From the NCBI GenBank assembly GCA_041666045.1, contig JBAYHR010000001.1, positions 21,107-85,106 of the forward strand: 64,000 nt of DNA, in the 5' to 3' direction. The notes below the pieces were generated by a model, which ran no database searches, was not told where the DNA came from, and saw only the letters and a program-made list of their open reading frames with translations. Within the stretch, counting starts at the first letter, position 1; every line of letters starts with the position of its first letter. This stretch comes from Minisyncoccota bacterium (lineage in GTDB: Bacteria > Patescibacteriota > Minisyncoccia > Phycocordibacterales > UBA9973). A program made the position numbers and the translations under genes. Below are positions 48,155 to 59,072 of the stretch, one piece after another.

Positions 48155-49684
48155 ATGGCAAAGACGAATCGGGTTCAGATAATCAAATATGCTCCGCCTC
48201 CACCAGAATTACCTGTTTTTGGAAAGGTAAAACCAGAAGAGGTTTCTTTTATTGGGCGTACGAATTATGTCGCTGCTCTTGAAGAAAAGAAGTTTATTTT
48301 CGGTATAAAGCGTGTTGACCGCCGAAGGCACCTTTATATTATTGGAAAGTCTGGCGTTGGTAAGACCAAGCTTCTTGAGCTTATGATTAGACAAGATGTT
48401 ACATATGGCCATGGTATGTGTTTAATTGACCCACATGGTGATGTTATTGATGCAATGCTGGATTATATACCTAAAGAGCGTATTGAAGATGTTTGCATTA
48501 TAGATCCTTCAGATGTTGATTTCCCAGCTTCTTTCAACCCTTTGGCAAATGTTGATCCAATGTTTAAATTTCAATTGACTCAAGGTTTGATTGAAGTTCT
48601 ACAAAAACAATTCGGGGCAAATTGGACTCCAAGACTTGAGCACGTTTTTCGTTTTACATGTTTAGCCTTACTTGATTATCCTCATGCGACAATGCGCGGA
48701 ATGATATCAATGCTTACAGATAGAAATTATAGACAGAAAGTTGTTGAATATATTACAGATGATATGGTTAAAAGATTCTTCGCAATCGAATTCGCGGATT
48801 GGTCTGAAAAATTTGATACAGACGCCATTATTCCGCTTGTAAATAAACTCGGACAATTTTTGTCTGATCCTTTGCTTCGTAATATTTTCGGACAAAAACA
48901 AAATAAAATAGATATTAGCAAATTGATGAATGAGCAGAAAATAATTTTTATTAATTTATCTAAGGGACGTATCGGTGAGGAAAATTCGTCTTTCTTTGGT
49001 TCAATGTTTTTAACAAAAATAAAACAAGCTGGAATGGAACGTGCTGCTATTCCTGAAAATGAGCGCAATGATTTTTATCTGTATGTAGACGAGTTCCAAA
49101 ATATAGTTACTCAAACATTTGAAAATATTTTGTCAGAAGCTAGAAAATATGGTTTGAATTTAACTGTTGCTCATCAATACGTAGGACAGATTTTACCAAA
49201 AGTTCATCAAGCTGTGTTAGGAAACGTGGGTAGTGTTATTACTTTCCGTGTTGGAGGAGAAGATGCTGTAAAATTAAAACCAGAATTTGCTCCAATATTC
49301 GAAGTTAAAGATATGATCAACTTAGCTGTTGGTGAAATTTATGTCAAGATGACAATTGATGGAGAATCTTACGATCCATTTTCTGCTGAAACTTTAAGAG
49401 TTTTACCGCCAACGCATCCATCATATAAAAAAGAAATTATTGAAGCTTCTCGTAAAAAATATTCAATTTCAAAAGATGACGCACAAAAGCTTATTTCAGA
49501 AGAAGAAGCAACGATTATAAGAAGTGCTGAAGAAAAAGCAATTATAGAAGGAAAAGCAAAAAGGAAAGCGAAAGAAAATAAGAAAGAAATAGAAGAAACA
49601 GATGAAGAAGAAGAAATAGAAGAAGAGAAAGAAAAAATAGTACAAAAAATAAAAAAAGATGGCGAATCTGAGCCAATGATTTAA
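48155..49684 (+). CDS. VirD4/TraG/HerA-like ATPase (paralog)
   Basis: [28 protein letters not shown]. Confidence 0.8.
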   Translation: MAKTNRVQIIKYAPPPPELPVFGKVKPEEVSFIGRTNYVAALEEKKFIFGIKRVDRRRHLYIIGKSGVGKTKLLELMIRQDVTYGHGMCLIDPHGDVIDAMLDYIPKERIEDVCIIDPSDVDFPASFNPLANVDPMFKFQLTQGLIEVLQKQFGANWTPRLEHVFRFTCLALLDYPHATMRGMISMLTDRNYRQKVVEYITDDMVKRFFAIEFADWSEKFDTDAIIPLVNKLGQFLSDPLLRNIFGQKQNKIDISKLMNEQKIIFINLSKGRIGEENSSFFGSMFLTKIKQAGMERAAIPENERNDFYLYVDEFQNIVTQTFENILSEARKYGLNLTVAHQYVGQILPKVHQAVLGNVGSVITFRVGGEDAVKLKPEFAPIFEVKDMINLAVGEIYVKMTIDGESYDPFSAETLRVLPPTHPSYKKEIIEASRKKYSISKDDAQKLISEEEATIIRSAEEKAIIEGKAKRKAKENKKEIEETDEEEEIEEEKEKIVQKIKKDGESEPMI

Positions 49685-49694
49685 TTTTAAATAT

Positions 49695-50342
49695 ATGAGT
49701 AAAGATTATTACAACATTTTAGGTGTGAAAAAAGATGCTTCTAAAGACGAAATAAAGAAGGCTTTTTATAAATTGGCGCATAAATATCATCCCGATAAAA
49801 AAGGCGGAGATGAAGTTAAATTTAAAGAAGTAAATGAAGCTTATCAAACTCTTTCTGATGATTCTAAGCGTTCAAAATATGATCAATTTGGATCAGGTTT
49901 TGAAAATATGCAAGGAGGACAAGGAGGTTATCAACAAGGTGGATTTGGTGGTTTTGATTTTTCTGGCTTTCAGAATGGAGGAGCTGAATTTGATTTTGGA
50001 AACTTAAATGATATTTTCTCAGATTTTTTTGGAGGTGGAAGGGGTGGCTTTAGAGCACGAACTCCTCGTGGACGGGATTTCCAAACTGAAATTCAAGTTT
50101 CTTTTATAGATTCTATTTTAGGAACAGAGAAAAAAATAATTATAACTGGGCATAAAGAAATAACAATTAAAATACCAGCAGGTATTCGCAGTGGTGAAAG
50201 TCTTAAAATGACAGGTTATGGAGAGACAGTTAAAAATGGAAAAGCAGGGGATTTGTATATAAAAATAAATGTAAAAATGCCAACTAAGATTTCTAAAAGA
50301 GCCCACGAGCTCTTAGAAGAACTCAAAAAAGAGGGGATTTAA
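49695..50342 (+). CDS. DnaJ-family co-chaperone lacking the zinc finger
   Basis: J domain with HPD, G/F region, short C-terminal domain (GDLY). Confidence 0.85.
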   Translation: MSKDYYNILGVKKDASKDEIKKAFYKLAHKYHPDKKGGDEVKFKEVNEAYQTLSDDSKRSKYDQFGSGFENMQGGQGGYQQGGFGGFDFSGFQNGGAEFDFGNLNDIFSDFFGGGRGGFRARTPRGRDFQTEIQVSFIDSILGTEKKIIITGHKEITIKIPAGIRSGESLKMTGYGETVKNGKAGDLYIKINVKMPTKISKRAHELLEELKKEGI

Positions 50343-50376
50343 TCAAAAATATCCTTATTTATAAGGGTAAAAAAGC

Positions 50377-50485
50377 TTGACTTTTGTATTTTAATATGCT
50401 ACCATTAAAAGGTATTTTAGATCTTTGATATTGGTTTTTATTGGTGACTAGAGAAGGTTTATAAAAATCTTTTGTAGTCACCAAT
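50377..50485 (+). promoter_or_regulatory. Promoter, boxA-like GATCTTTGA and leader hairpin
   Basis: TTGACT-17-TACCAT; attggtgacta/tagtcaccaat. Confidence 0.7.
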
Positions 50486-50499
50486 TAAACTTAATTATT

Positions 50500-50754
50500 A
50501 TGGAAACAAATCAAATTTTAATGATTTTAATTTGCGGGATGCTTTGGATTATTTCAGGGTTATTTACCGCATTTTTGATGGTTTTTTCAGATCTTAAATC
50601 AAATGAACTTGTAACAAATTTTACAGAACGATGGATTTTGGATAAAAAATATCCTTTTTATTCAGTATGTCTTTTGATTATTATTGGTCCAATTTCATTA
50701 TTTTTAGGAATTTTAATTCTTATTTTTTTTATTGATAATATTGCAAGAAAGTAA
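50500..50754 (+). CDS. Small two-TM hypothetical protein
   Basis: 84-aa ORF with own promoter and terminator. Confidence 0.6.
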   Translation: METNQILMILICGMLWIISGLFTAFLMVFSDLKSNELVTNFTERWILDKKYPFYSVCLLIIIGPISLFLGILILIFFIDNIARK

Positions 50755-50774
50755 GAATATAAAAAATTTTTTTT

Positions 50775-50804
50775 AAAAGCTGAGTTTTTAACTCAGCTTT
50801 TTTT
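50775..50804 (+). terminator. Intrinsic terminator
   Basis: aaaagctgagtt-ttt-aactcagctttt. Confidence 0.8.
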
Positions 50805-50841
50805 ATTTACTTATTTTAATATTTCTTGCTATGATTAATAA

Positions 50842-51426
50842 ATGCTTCCGGAAAAAATTATTTATATTGGAGTTGCAGTTAATCTTTTGTTTACTTTTTG
50901 GTATATAAAAAGTATTTTTCGTGGTGGCACTCGACCAAATATGGTTTCTTGGATTATTTGGTCCTTGGCGCCTTTTGTAGCTGTATTTTTAGGTTATAAA
51001 GCCGGAGGAGGAATTTCACTTTTGGGTGCTTTTATGTCTGGGTTTACTCCACTTTTAGTTTTTATTTTCTGTTTATTTAAAAAAGATTGTTTTTGGAAGA
51101 TAGGGTTGCTAGATATTTTTTGTGGGGTTTTATCAATTTTTGCCCTTGTTTTTTATATATTAACAAATAATTTATGGATATCAGTTCTTTTCGCTATTGC
51201 GAGTGATTTATTGGCATTTTTACCTACTTTTATAAAAACATGGAAATATCCTGAAACAGAAAATAGTTTCGTGTATTTAGGTGGAATTTTCAATAATATA
51301 ATAGCATTACTTATTATTAAAGATTGGTCTTTTACAGTATATTCTTTTAGTTTTTATATAGTTATTGCAAGTACTTTAGAAATTTTCTTTATTTACCGCA
51401 AGAGAATTTTTAAGAAAGCAATTTAG
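50842..51426 (+). CDS. Multi-TM hypothetical protein (PQ-loop-like)
   Basis: TRPNMVSWIIW, PTFIKTWKYPETE. Confidence 0.65.
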   Translation: MLPEKIIYIGVAVNLLFTFWYIKSIFRGGTRPNMVSWIIWSLAPFVAVFLGYKAGGGISLLGAFMSGFTPLLVFIFCLFKKDCFWKIGLLDIFCGVLSIFALVFYILTNNLWISVLFAIASDLLAFLPTFIKTWKYPETENSFVYLGGIFNNIIALLIIKDWSFTVYSFSFYIVIASTLEIFFIYRKRIFKKAI

Positions 51427-52306
51427 TTTTGAATTTATTTGCCATTATTTTATAGCAAATTGAGGCTGCGCCAAATTCTGTCAGAACACAATCTTTTTGG
51501 GGAGATACTTCTACTATATCCACACCGATGACATTTTTTGCTTCTATAATTTTTTCTATCAAATCTAAACCATATTTCCATTTAAGGCCTCCTTGGACAG
51601 GTGTTCCAGTGCCTGGCATACAGGAAGGATCAAATCCATCAACGTCGATAGTCAAATAAACTTTTTTTGTTTTTATTGATGAAATTATTTCACTTATTTC
51701 TGGAGGATTTTTAGTTTTTTTAGTCCATTCAAATACACTAATTGTTTTTTTATTTGCTTGCCAATATTCATATTCATTTTTTGAAAAAGTACGAATACCA
51801 ACTTGAACTAAATTAAAACCTAATTCATGTGGTCTACGCATTGCGCAAGAATGTGCATATTTTGTAGGGTGAGAACTATAATCACTATTGTCATCACGCA
51901 AATCTTGATGAGCATCTATTTGCACTATAGTTATATCTTTTGGATTTTCTTTTTTTGAAATTGCATCAAATGCGCCGATGGATACCGTATGTTCACCACC
52001 AAGCATAATGATAAATTTATTATCATTAAATGACTTTGTATATTCTTCAGATATTTTTTTAATAGCTTTTTCTGGAGAAAGTTTTTTTATATTAGTAATT
52101 TCTTTATGATATGTTTTTAGTTTTTTTGCTGGCTCACAAAGAAAATTAATATCAAAAAGTTCTAGATTGTTATTCAAACAATCCAATATTTTTTTAGGTG
52201 CTTTTGAAGTACCACCCATAAAAGAAACACCTTTTTCATAAGGAGCACTTAATATCACCACATCAGCCTCTTTTAAATTTTTTGTGTTTATAACTGTATC
52301 TATCAT
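51410..52306 (-). CDS. speB: Agmatinase (ureohydrolase family)
   Basis: GGEHTV, DAHQD, VGIR, DVDGFDP...PGTGTP..GG; start taken at ATG 52306. Confidence 0.82.
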   Translation of the reverse strand: MIDTVINTKNLKEADVVILSAPYEKGVSFMGGTSKAPKKILDCLNNNLELFDINFLCEPAKKLKTYHKEITNIKKLSPEKAIKKISEEYTKSFNDNKFIIMLGGEHTVSIGAFDAISKKENPKDITIVQIDAHQDLRDDNSDYSSHPTKYAHSCAMRRPHELGFNLVQVGIRTFSKNEYEYWQANKKTISVFEWTKKTKNPPEISEIISSIKTKKVYLTIDVDGFDPSCMPGTGTPVQGGLKWKYGLDLIEKIIEAKNVIGVDIVEVSPQKDCVLTEFGAASICYKIMANKFKTKLLS

Positions 52307-52388
52307 AAAAATGATATTTGTTAGCAATAGAATTAATGATACTAAATAAAGCTTCTTTTTGCAAAACAATTGTTGTATAATGGTTCCT

Positions 52389-53648
52389 ATGAAATATGAT
52401 ATAAAAAATATAGATTTAGCAGAACAAGGTTTGAAGAAGATTAAATGGGCTTCTAATGATATGCCAGTATTAGATGGAATATCAAAAGATTTTAAAAAAA
52501 GAAAACCTTTTAAAAATAATACAATTGGTGCGTGTTTACACGTGACAGCAGAGACAGCGAATTTAATGATTGCTTTAAAGGAAGGTGGCGCGAATGCGGT
52601 ATTGTGCGCTTCGAATCCTATGTCTACTCAAGACGATGTAGCTGCTGCTCTTGTTAAATTTTATAAAATTCCAGTTTTTGCAAAAAAAGGAGAAAATAAT
52701 AAAGAATATTTTTCACACATAAATGCAGTGCTTGATTCAAATCCAGATATTACTATGGATGACGGAGCTGATTTAGTTTCTTTGCTTCATAGTGAAAGAC
52801 CAAAACAATTAGGGAAAATAAAAGGAGGGACAGAAGAGACGACAACGGGAGTAACAAGATTAAAATCAATGGCAAAAGAAGGCGCTTTGTTGTTTCCAGT
52901 GATTGCGGTGAATGATTCAATGACAAAACATTTTTTTGATAATAGATATGGCACAGGACAATCTACTTTAGATGGAATTATTCGCGCGACAAATAAACTT
53001 ATTGCCGGATCAGTTTTTGTCGTGGCTGGTTATGGATGGTGTGGAAAAGGTCTTGCTATGCGAGCACGTGGAATGGGTGCGAATGTTATTGTCACAGAAA
53101 TAGATCCTATTAAAGCTATCGAAGCATCTATGGATGGTTTTCGTGTGATGCCTATGAGTAAAGCTTCTAAAGAAGCAGATTTTATTTGCACTGTTACTGG
53201 TAATATAAGTGTGGTAAACGAAGATACTTTTAAAAATATGAAAAATGGATGCATCATTTCAAATTCAGGACACTTTGATGTTGAAATTGATTTGATAGCT
53301 TTACAAAAAATAACAAAACAAAAAAAGACATTAAGAGATTTCGTTGAAGAATATACGCTTAAAGATGGTAGATCTATTTTTGTTTTAGCCGGTGGACGCT
53401 TGGTAAATCTTGGAAGTGCTGAAGGACATCCAGCTTCTGTGATGGATATGAGTTTTGCGAATCAGGCTTTAGCAGGAGAATTTATTTTGAAAAATTACAA
53501 AACATTATCTAAAGATGTGCATGTTTTGCCAGAAGATTTAGATAGAAAAATCGCAGCTTTAAAACTGGATAGTTTTGGGATAAAAATAGACAGCTTATCT
53601 ACTCGTCAGAAAGAATATATTTCTGGATGGCGTGAAGGGACAAAATAA
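52389..53648 (+). CDS. ahcY: S-adenosylhomocysteine hydrolase
   Basis: ACLHVT, SNPMSTQD, EETTTG, FDNRYG, GYGWCGKG, GHF, GHP..VMDMSF; start taken at ATG 52389. Confidence 0.95.
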   Translation: MKYDIKNIDLAEQGLKKIKWASNDMPVLDGISKDFKKRKPFKNNTIGACLHVTAETANLMIALKEGGANAVLCASNPMSTQDDVAAALVKFYKIPVFAKKGENNKEYFSHINAVLDSNPDITMDDGADLVSLLHSERPKQLGKIKGGTEETTTGVTRLKSMAKEGALLFPVIAVNDSMTKHFFDNRYGTGQSTLDGIIRATNKLIAGSVFVVAGYGWCGKGLAMRARGMGANVIVTEIDPIKAIEASMDGFRVMPMSKASKEADFICTVTGNISVVNEDTFKNMKNGCIISNSGHFDVEIDLIALQKITKQKKTLRDFVEEYTLKDGRSIFVLAGGRLVNLGSAEGHPASVMDMSFANQALAGEFILKNYKTLSKDVHVLPEDLDRKIAALKLDSFGIKIDSLSTRQKEYISGWREGTK

Positions 53649-53653
53649 ACTTT

Positions 53654-54514
53654 ATGAACAAAAAAGGGGAAATTATTGTCATAGGTTCTATTGTTCGTGA
53701 TATTGTAGAATTAACAAATGGAAAGAAAAAAGAGTTTTTAGGAGGAACAGGAGCTAATATTTCTTATGGGCTTGGGGTTTTAGGATTAAATCCAACACTT
53801 ATTTCTGTTGTAGGAAAAGATTTTAGTAAAAAAATTAAAGAATATTTTAAAAAAAATAAAATTAACTTGAACATCTTTAAAGATAAAAAAGAAGATACAG
53901 CTGTCTTTTCTGTTATTAAAAAAACAAAAGGCAAAGATATTGAAATATGGAAACCTAATGTTTTTAATAAAATTGAAAAATTATCATTATCTTATTTTTT
54001 AAATAAAAAAGAGCTTGAAAAAGTTAATATTATTATATTTTCTCCCGGAACTCCAATAAGTACACATTTACATTTAAAACAATTTTATGAAAAAGGAAAT
54101 AAAGATGCTGTTGTTATATTTGATCCAGGACAGATGACAAATATGTATACAAAAAAGCAATTTACAGAATGCTTGAAGTTTTCAGATATTTTAATTTTAA
54201 ATGAATTAGAATTTAAACAAGCTGAAAAAATTATAAAAAAGAAAATTTTGGAAAGTTTTAAAGATAAAATAATAATCAAAACACTTGGACATAAAGGAAG
54301 CGCAATTTATAAAAATAAAGAGGTATTTAATATACCTATTGTAAAGCCGAAAAAGGTTGTCAGTGCTGTTGGCGCAGGAGATGCATACAGAGCTGGACTT
54401 ATTTTTGGTATTTTAAATAAAATGAGTTTAGAAGAATCTTGTAAACTAGGCGCAAAACTAGCTTCTAAGAATGTTGAATTTTTAGGTTGCCAACAATATG
54501 ATTTTTCGTTATGA
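53654..54514 (+). CDS. PfkB-family kinase (adenosine kinase by context)
   Basis: GGTGANI, DPGQ, NELE, VGAGDAY. Confidence 0.8.
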   Translation: MNKKGEIIVIGSIVRDIVELTNGKKKEFLGGTGANISYGLGVLGLNPTLISVVGKDFSKKIKEYFKKNKINLNIFKDKKEDTAVFSVIKKTKGKDIEIWKPNVFNKIEKLSLSYFLNKKELEKVNIIIFSPGTPISTHLHLKQFYEKGNKDAVVIFDPGQMTNMYTKKQFTECLKFSDILILNELEFKQAEKIIKKKILESFKDKIIIKTLGHKGSAIYKNKEVFNIPIVKPKKVVSAVGAGDAYRAGLIFGILNKMSLEESCKLGAKLASKNVEFLGCQQYDFSL

Positions 54515-54550
54515 TGATACAAGTTTAATTTATTAATTTAATTTTTTTTT

Positions 54551-55615
54551 ATGTTCTATAAACACAACAATAATTATACAGTTGAAAGTGTGACATCTGG
54601 ACATCCAGATAAAGTTTGCGATCAGATTTCAGATGCGATATTAGACGCATGTTTAAAACAAGATTCTAAAAGTAGAGTAGCGGTAGAAACATTTGGTGGA
54701 CATGGAAAGCTTATAATAGGAGGGGAAGTCACATCAACTGCAAAAGTTGATTATGCTCAAATAGCTCGGGATGTTTATAAAGAAATTGGTTATGATGAAA
54801 ATTTAGAAATTATTGTTAATGTTGTTACACAATCTCCAGATATTGCTATGGGTGTGGATACTGGAGGAGCAGGAGATCAAGGAATAATGTATGGTTATGC
54901 TACAGATGAGACAAAAGAATTTTTGCCTAAAGGAGTTGTGTTGGCGCACAAGCTAGCTTCTGGTTTAGAAAAATCAAGAAAGAGTGGTGAAATAAAATGG
55001 CTTCGTCCAGATGGAAAAACTCAAGTGACTTATTCAAATGGTGAGCTTCAAACAGTTTTAGTAAGTACACAACATGCGAAAGAAATATCTCAAGAAGAAA
55101 TTAAAAAAGAAATAACAGAAAAAATTATTAATCCTTTACTTTCTGAAGAAGAAAAAAAGACTGTTAAAATTTTAGTGAATCCTACAGGATTGTTCGTTCA
55201 AGGAGGATTCGAGGCTGATACAGGTTTAACTGGAAGAAAATTGATGGTGGATACTTATGGAGGTTTGATTCCTCATGGAGGCGGATGTTTCTCTGGAAAA
55301 GATTCTACGAAAGTGGATCGTTCTGCTGCATATATGGCTCGTTTTGCTGCGAAGAATTTAGTAGCCGCAGGTTATGGGAAAGAATGTTTAGTGAGTGTTG
55401 CTTATGCTATAGGTATGGCTGAACCTTTAATGATAGAAGCGATAAATGAAAAAGGGGAAGATCTTGCAGAAATAGTAAAAAAGAATTTTGATTTTCGTCC
55501 AAAATCTATAATAGAACGTTTAGGTTTACAAAATCCTATTTTTCAGCAAACTGCAGCTTATGGGCATTTTGGTGAGAGTAACTTGCCTTGGGAAAAAATT
55601 GAGAAAATAAACTAG
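54551..55615 (+). CDS. metK: S-adenosylmethionine synthetase
   Basis: ESVTSGHPDK, GAGDQG, DGKTQV, GGGCFSGKD.TKVDRS. Confidence 0.96.
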   Translation: MFYKHNNNYTVESVTSGHPDKVCDQISDAILDACLKQDSKSRVAVETFGGHGKLIIGGEVTSTAKVDYAQIARDVYKEIGYDENLEIIVNVVTQSPDIAMGVDTGGAGDQGIMYGYATDETKEFLPKGVVLAHKLASGLEKSRKSGEIKWLRPDGKTQVTYSNGELQTVLVSTQHAKEISQEEIKKEITEKIINPLLSEEEKKTVKILVNPTGLFVQGGFEADTGLTGRKLMVDTYGGLIPHGGGCFSGKDSTKVDRSAAYMARFAAKNLVAAGYGKECLVSVAYAIGMAEPLMIEAINEKGEDLAEIVKKNFDFRPKSIIERLGLQNPIFQQTAAYGHFGESNLPWEKIEKIN

Positions 55616-55639
55616 ATTATTGTGTTATAATTTATCTAT

Positions 55640-56560
55640 ATGACATGGTTTTTTTTAGCGCTAGTTGCTCCATTTTTATGGGGAATAGTAAATATTGCTG
55701 ATAAATATTTAGTTTCTAAATATTCAGAAAAAGAAAAGGAACGTAGTTCTGGGGGGCTAGTTTTATTTTCTAGTTTAATTGGTATTTTTATCGCTATTTT
55801 AATATGGGCTTTTTCTTCTGATGTGTCTCATATTCCAATTTTAGACAAATTACTTTTGATGCTTACTGGGGTCATTACTATTGTATGGATTATTTTATAT
55901 TTATTTACTCTTGAGACAGAAGATATATCGACAGTCGTTCCATGGTTTTTAACTGTGCCAATATTTGGTTATGTTTTAGGATATATATTTTTAGGTGAGA
56001 CACTTTCTGGTCAACAAATCATAGGATCTTTTGTAACGTTGTTTGGTGTATTTTTAATTTCTTCAGATTTTTCTGAAGAAGGGAAGAAATTTAAATGGAG
56101 ACCAGTTATTTATATGATGGTTGCTTGTTTTTTAGTAGCAATTTCTGGAATTTTATTTAAATATGTGACAGTTGAAAATAATTTTTGGATATCATCTTTT
56201 TGGGAATATGTAGGTCTTGGACTTACTGGTATGATTATATTTTTATTTATTCCAAAATATAGAAGAGAATTTATGCATATGAACAGGGCAGGGGGTAAGA
56301 AGATTTTTTTTGTTAATATTGCAAGTGAACTTATGACAATATCTGGGAATCTTTTAACAAATTTTGCCTTGCTTTTAGCTCCTGTATCTATGGTGTATCT
56401 TGTAGGAAGTTTCCAGCCAGCAATAGTTTTATTCTTAACAATTTTATGCACAAGTTTCTTGCCACACATTGCAAAAGAAAATATGGACAAATATGCAATT
56501 TTTCCTAAAATAGCTGCTGTTGGAATCATGATTATCGGAAGTATTATATTGTTTATGTAA
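55640..56560 (+). CDS. EamA/DMT family transporter
   Basis: About 10 TM segments, FLGETLS motif, two-repeat layout. Confidence 0.75.
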   Translation: MTWFFLALVAPFLWGIVNIADKYLVSKYSEKEKERSSGGLVLFSSLIGIFIAILIWAFSSDVSHIPILDKLLLMLTGVITIVWIILYLFTLETEDISTVVPWFLTVPIFGYVLGYIFLGETLSGQQIIGSFVTLFGVFLISSDFSEEGKKFKWRPVIYMMVACFLVAISGILFKYVTVENNFWISSFWEYVGLGLTGMIIFLFIPKYRREFMHMNRAGGKKIFFVNIASELMTISGNLLTNFALLLAPVSMVYLVGSFQPAIVLFLTILCTSFLPHIAKENMDKYAIFPKIAAVGIMIIGSIILFM

Positions 56561-56565
56561 AATTT

Positions 56566-56676
56566 ATGATAAAAGCAATTGCCTTTGATTATGGTGGAGT
56601 TATAGAAATAGAAGAAGGAGACTCAATACAAGAAATTAAGAGAAGAATTATTAGAGATATTGTAATAAAATTATGA
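56566..56676 (+). pseudogene. Truncated HAD-family gene remnant
   Basis: MIKAIAFDYGGVI (HAD motif I-like), stop after 36 codons. Confidence 0.55.
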
Positions 56677-56915
56677 AAAAAGTTTTTACAGAAATAGGTA
56701 TTGGAAATGATACATTTTTTTCGACAGAATTTGAAGAAGAAAATTCTGAATATAGAATTTCAAAATTTATTTTGCCAAATAAAATAACTGGATTTTACTT
56801 TCGTTTTTGGTTATTCAAAAAAGTTTTCATTTTATCTTCAAATAAGGGTTTTGAAATAGTTAGAAAAGATAGAAATAGATTAAAAATATTATTTGGAATA
56901 AGCGGAAAAACTTAA
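56673..56915 (+). CDS. Small protein, DUF3977-like
   Basis: EIGIGNDTFFSTEFE...YFRFW...SNKGF. Confidence 0.6.
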   Translation: MKKVFTEIGIGNDTFFSTEFEEENSEYRISKFILPNKITGFYFRFWLFKKVFILSSNKGFEIVRKDRNRLKILFGISGKT

Positions 56916-56976
56916 AATTTATGAGAAGTTAAATTGAACCATCAAAAAAAATTACAAGAATCGTTATTGCGAACTA

Positions 56977-57010
56977 AAAAAGGTAGATTTATATTATAAA
57001 TCTGCCTTTT
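56977..57010. terminator. Bidirectional terminator
   Basis: aaaaggtagatttata/tataaatctgcctttt. Confidence 0.8.
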
Positions 57011-57041
57011 ATTTTTAATTTATTTCACAAACAAAGTAAAC

Positions 57042-58091
57042 TTATTTACCCCAAATAATTTCTAAAATTTCTTTTCTTAATTTATCAATTAATTGAGGCG
57101 ATTCCCTTGAGGGATGTACTCTGTTAGTTAATAATATAAAGTACGTATTATCGTCTGGATAAATCCACATACTAGTACCAGTGAAACCATAATGACCATA
57201 TATAGTTTTACTGTCTTCAGTGAAAATATTCCATGCAATTCCTCTAGACTCATTAAGCCCTTCGGTAGAATTAACTAATGATGCTTTTATTGATTTACAC
57301 TCTAAAATCTTTTGGTTTTTAAAGTTTCCGCAAGAAAGTATCATTTGACAAAAGTTGCTTAAATCCTCACTATTAGAGAAAACCCCAGCATGACCAGCTA
57401 TACCACCCAACCAATCTGCATTTTCATCATGAACAACGCCACGCTTACAAAAAGTTAGATCATTGTTACATTCGGTTGAAGCTATTTTTGTAGTAATGTA
57501 GTCAGGTGGAATAAACATTGTATTATTCATTCCTAAGGGTTGCCATATGTTTTTCGTAACATATTGACTTAAAGTCATACTAGTGATTTGTTCTATAATA
57601 AAACCCAATAATATAAAGGGTCTATTACTATATACAACTTTTTCTCCAGTAATATAATCAGTATCAGCATTAAGAATACCAGATAAAATATCTTCTTTCT
57701 TGCTACCATACTGTTTTAGATAAGTTTTTGCTTGCAATCCTGATGTATGGGTTAAAAGGTGTTTGATAGTTATTTGGCCAACAGTGGAATTTACCACTCC
57801 TGGAAAAAATTTTTCTAATTTATCATCAAAACTCAATAATCCCAAATCAATTAATTTAATTACACTTGGCCAAGTAGCGATAATTTTTGTCATTGAAGCA
57901 ATGTCAAATATAGTATCAAGTTCCATAACTTCCTTTCCGTTTTCTTTTGGAAATTGTTTTTTATAGCCAAAAGCACGGTGTAACAAAATTTGATCTCCTC
58001 TTCCTACCTTAATTACAGCACCAGATATACCATCTTTTTCAACGGCATTTTTTACCACTTCAACAATTTTTTCAATTTTCTCTGATTTCAT
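57042..58091 (-). CDS. Serine hydrolase, beta-lactamase class C-like
   Basis: IASMTK (SxxK), LLTHTSGL, YSN, GVVHDENA, GHAG, GHYGFTG; no signal peptide. Confidence 0.88.
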   Translation of the reverse strand: MKSEKIEKIVEVVKNAVEKDGISGAVIKVGRGDQILLHRAFGYKKQFPKENGKEVMELDTIFDIASMTKIIATWPSVIKLIDLGLLSFDDKLEKFFPGVVNSTVGQITIKHLLTHTSGLQAKTYLKQYGSKKEDILSGILNADTDYITGEKVVYSNRPFILLGFIIEQITSMTLSQYVTKNIWQPLGMNNTMFIPPDYITTKIASTECNNDLTFCKRGVVHDENADWLGGIAGHAGVFSNSEDLSNFCQMILSCGNFKNQKILECKSIKASLVNSTEGLNESRGIAWNIFTEDSKTIYGHYGFTGTSMWIYPDDNTYFILLTNRVHPSRESPQLIDKLRKEILEIIWGK

Positions 58092-58101
58092 TTTTTTAAT
58101 T

Positions 58102-59070
58102 TTACAATGTTATTTCTGAAGAACCATCTAAATATAGTTTCCCGATAATGGAGCCATTCTTATTAACAAATGGTACCCAAAAATCGTTTCTAGTACTCAC
58201 CATCTGGTTTGGAAAATAATTTTCTGCAAAAATTTTACAAATGCGATGAACAACTTCTGCTGTAACATGCCTTCCGTCTTCTTGCCAAATCTTAAAGTTT
58301 CTTTCAACAAAGGACTGCACAATTTCATAAGATGGAAAATATATCACATTTTTATAAATCTCACAAACCTTCTGTATCGCAGCATGTAATAATGATTTGG
58401 AAAGATTGTTCGCAACTCTAATGTCTAAACCAGAAGCCGTGTATTTTAATGGTACAGGCGAAAGGGTTAAAAAAAAGATCATATCATCTCTTATGTATTT
58501 TCTTGTGAGATCAATAATTTCACTCAATGAAAAAATCGTTTCATCATAAGAGGCAAATTTATTACACCATTTATCCTCTCCTTCCATTAAGGCTCTCAAT
58601 GGGACTTGATTAAGTATAATTGATTCATTGTATTTATCAAACCATACTTCTGACAACCCTAGTGTAATCAAGATAGAATTACAAGAAAATAAAGACTCTT
58701 TGGCTATCTGATCAAATTCAAGATTTTTTTCCGTAAGCAATTGAATGGATGCTTCTTTAATACAACTTCTCCACGGATCACAATAAATTATCTTTTTATT
58801 ACGATGTTCCGTTACTATGCCTTGTTTCCAATCTAAGTTACCAAGTAATCGTTTGAACTCAGAATTTATTGAAAAAGAATTATACAATATATCCCAAGGT
58901 TGATTAAGACAAGAAATATTATTATGCAATAACCATCTTGAAAAATTTCTAGAAAAACAGCTTCCCATCGTTACCATCTTTTTAGGATCAATGCATGTAT
59001 TTATATGTATTGATTTATTAATCTTAGGTTCAATATCTATCCCCCAAGAATCAGTAAATATTTTTCTCAT
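58102..59070 (-). CDS. GSCFA-domain (SGNH-like) protein
   Basis: MGSCFS, ITLGLSEVW, TLSPVPL, NNLSKS, YFPSYE, D.RHV. Confidence 0.85.
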   Translation of the reverse strand: MRKIFTDSWGIDIEPKINKSIHINTCIDPKKMVTMGSCFSRNFSRWLLHNNISCLNQPWDILYNSFSINSEFKRLLGNLDWKQGIVTEHRNKKIIYCDPWRSCIKEASIQLLTEKNLEFDQIAKESLFSCNSILITLGLSEVWFDKYNESIILNQVPLRALMEGEDKWCNKFASYDETIFSLSEIIDLTRKYIRDDMIFFLTLSPVPLKYTASGLDIRVANNLSKSLLHAAIQKVCEIYKNVIYFPSYEIVQSFVERNFKIWQEDGRHVTAEVVHRICKIFAENYFPNQMVSTRNDFWVPFVNKNGSIIGKLYLDGSSEITL

Positions 59071-59072
59071 TT

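Noticed and set aside
45726-49684. Conjugative element suggested by two VirD4-like ATPases
   Set aside because: No relaxase, integrase or att sites; such ATPases are normal chromosomal genes in CPR
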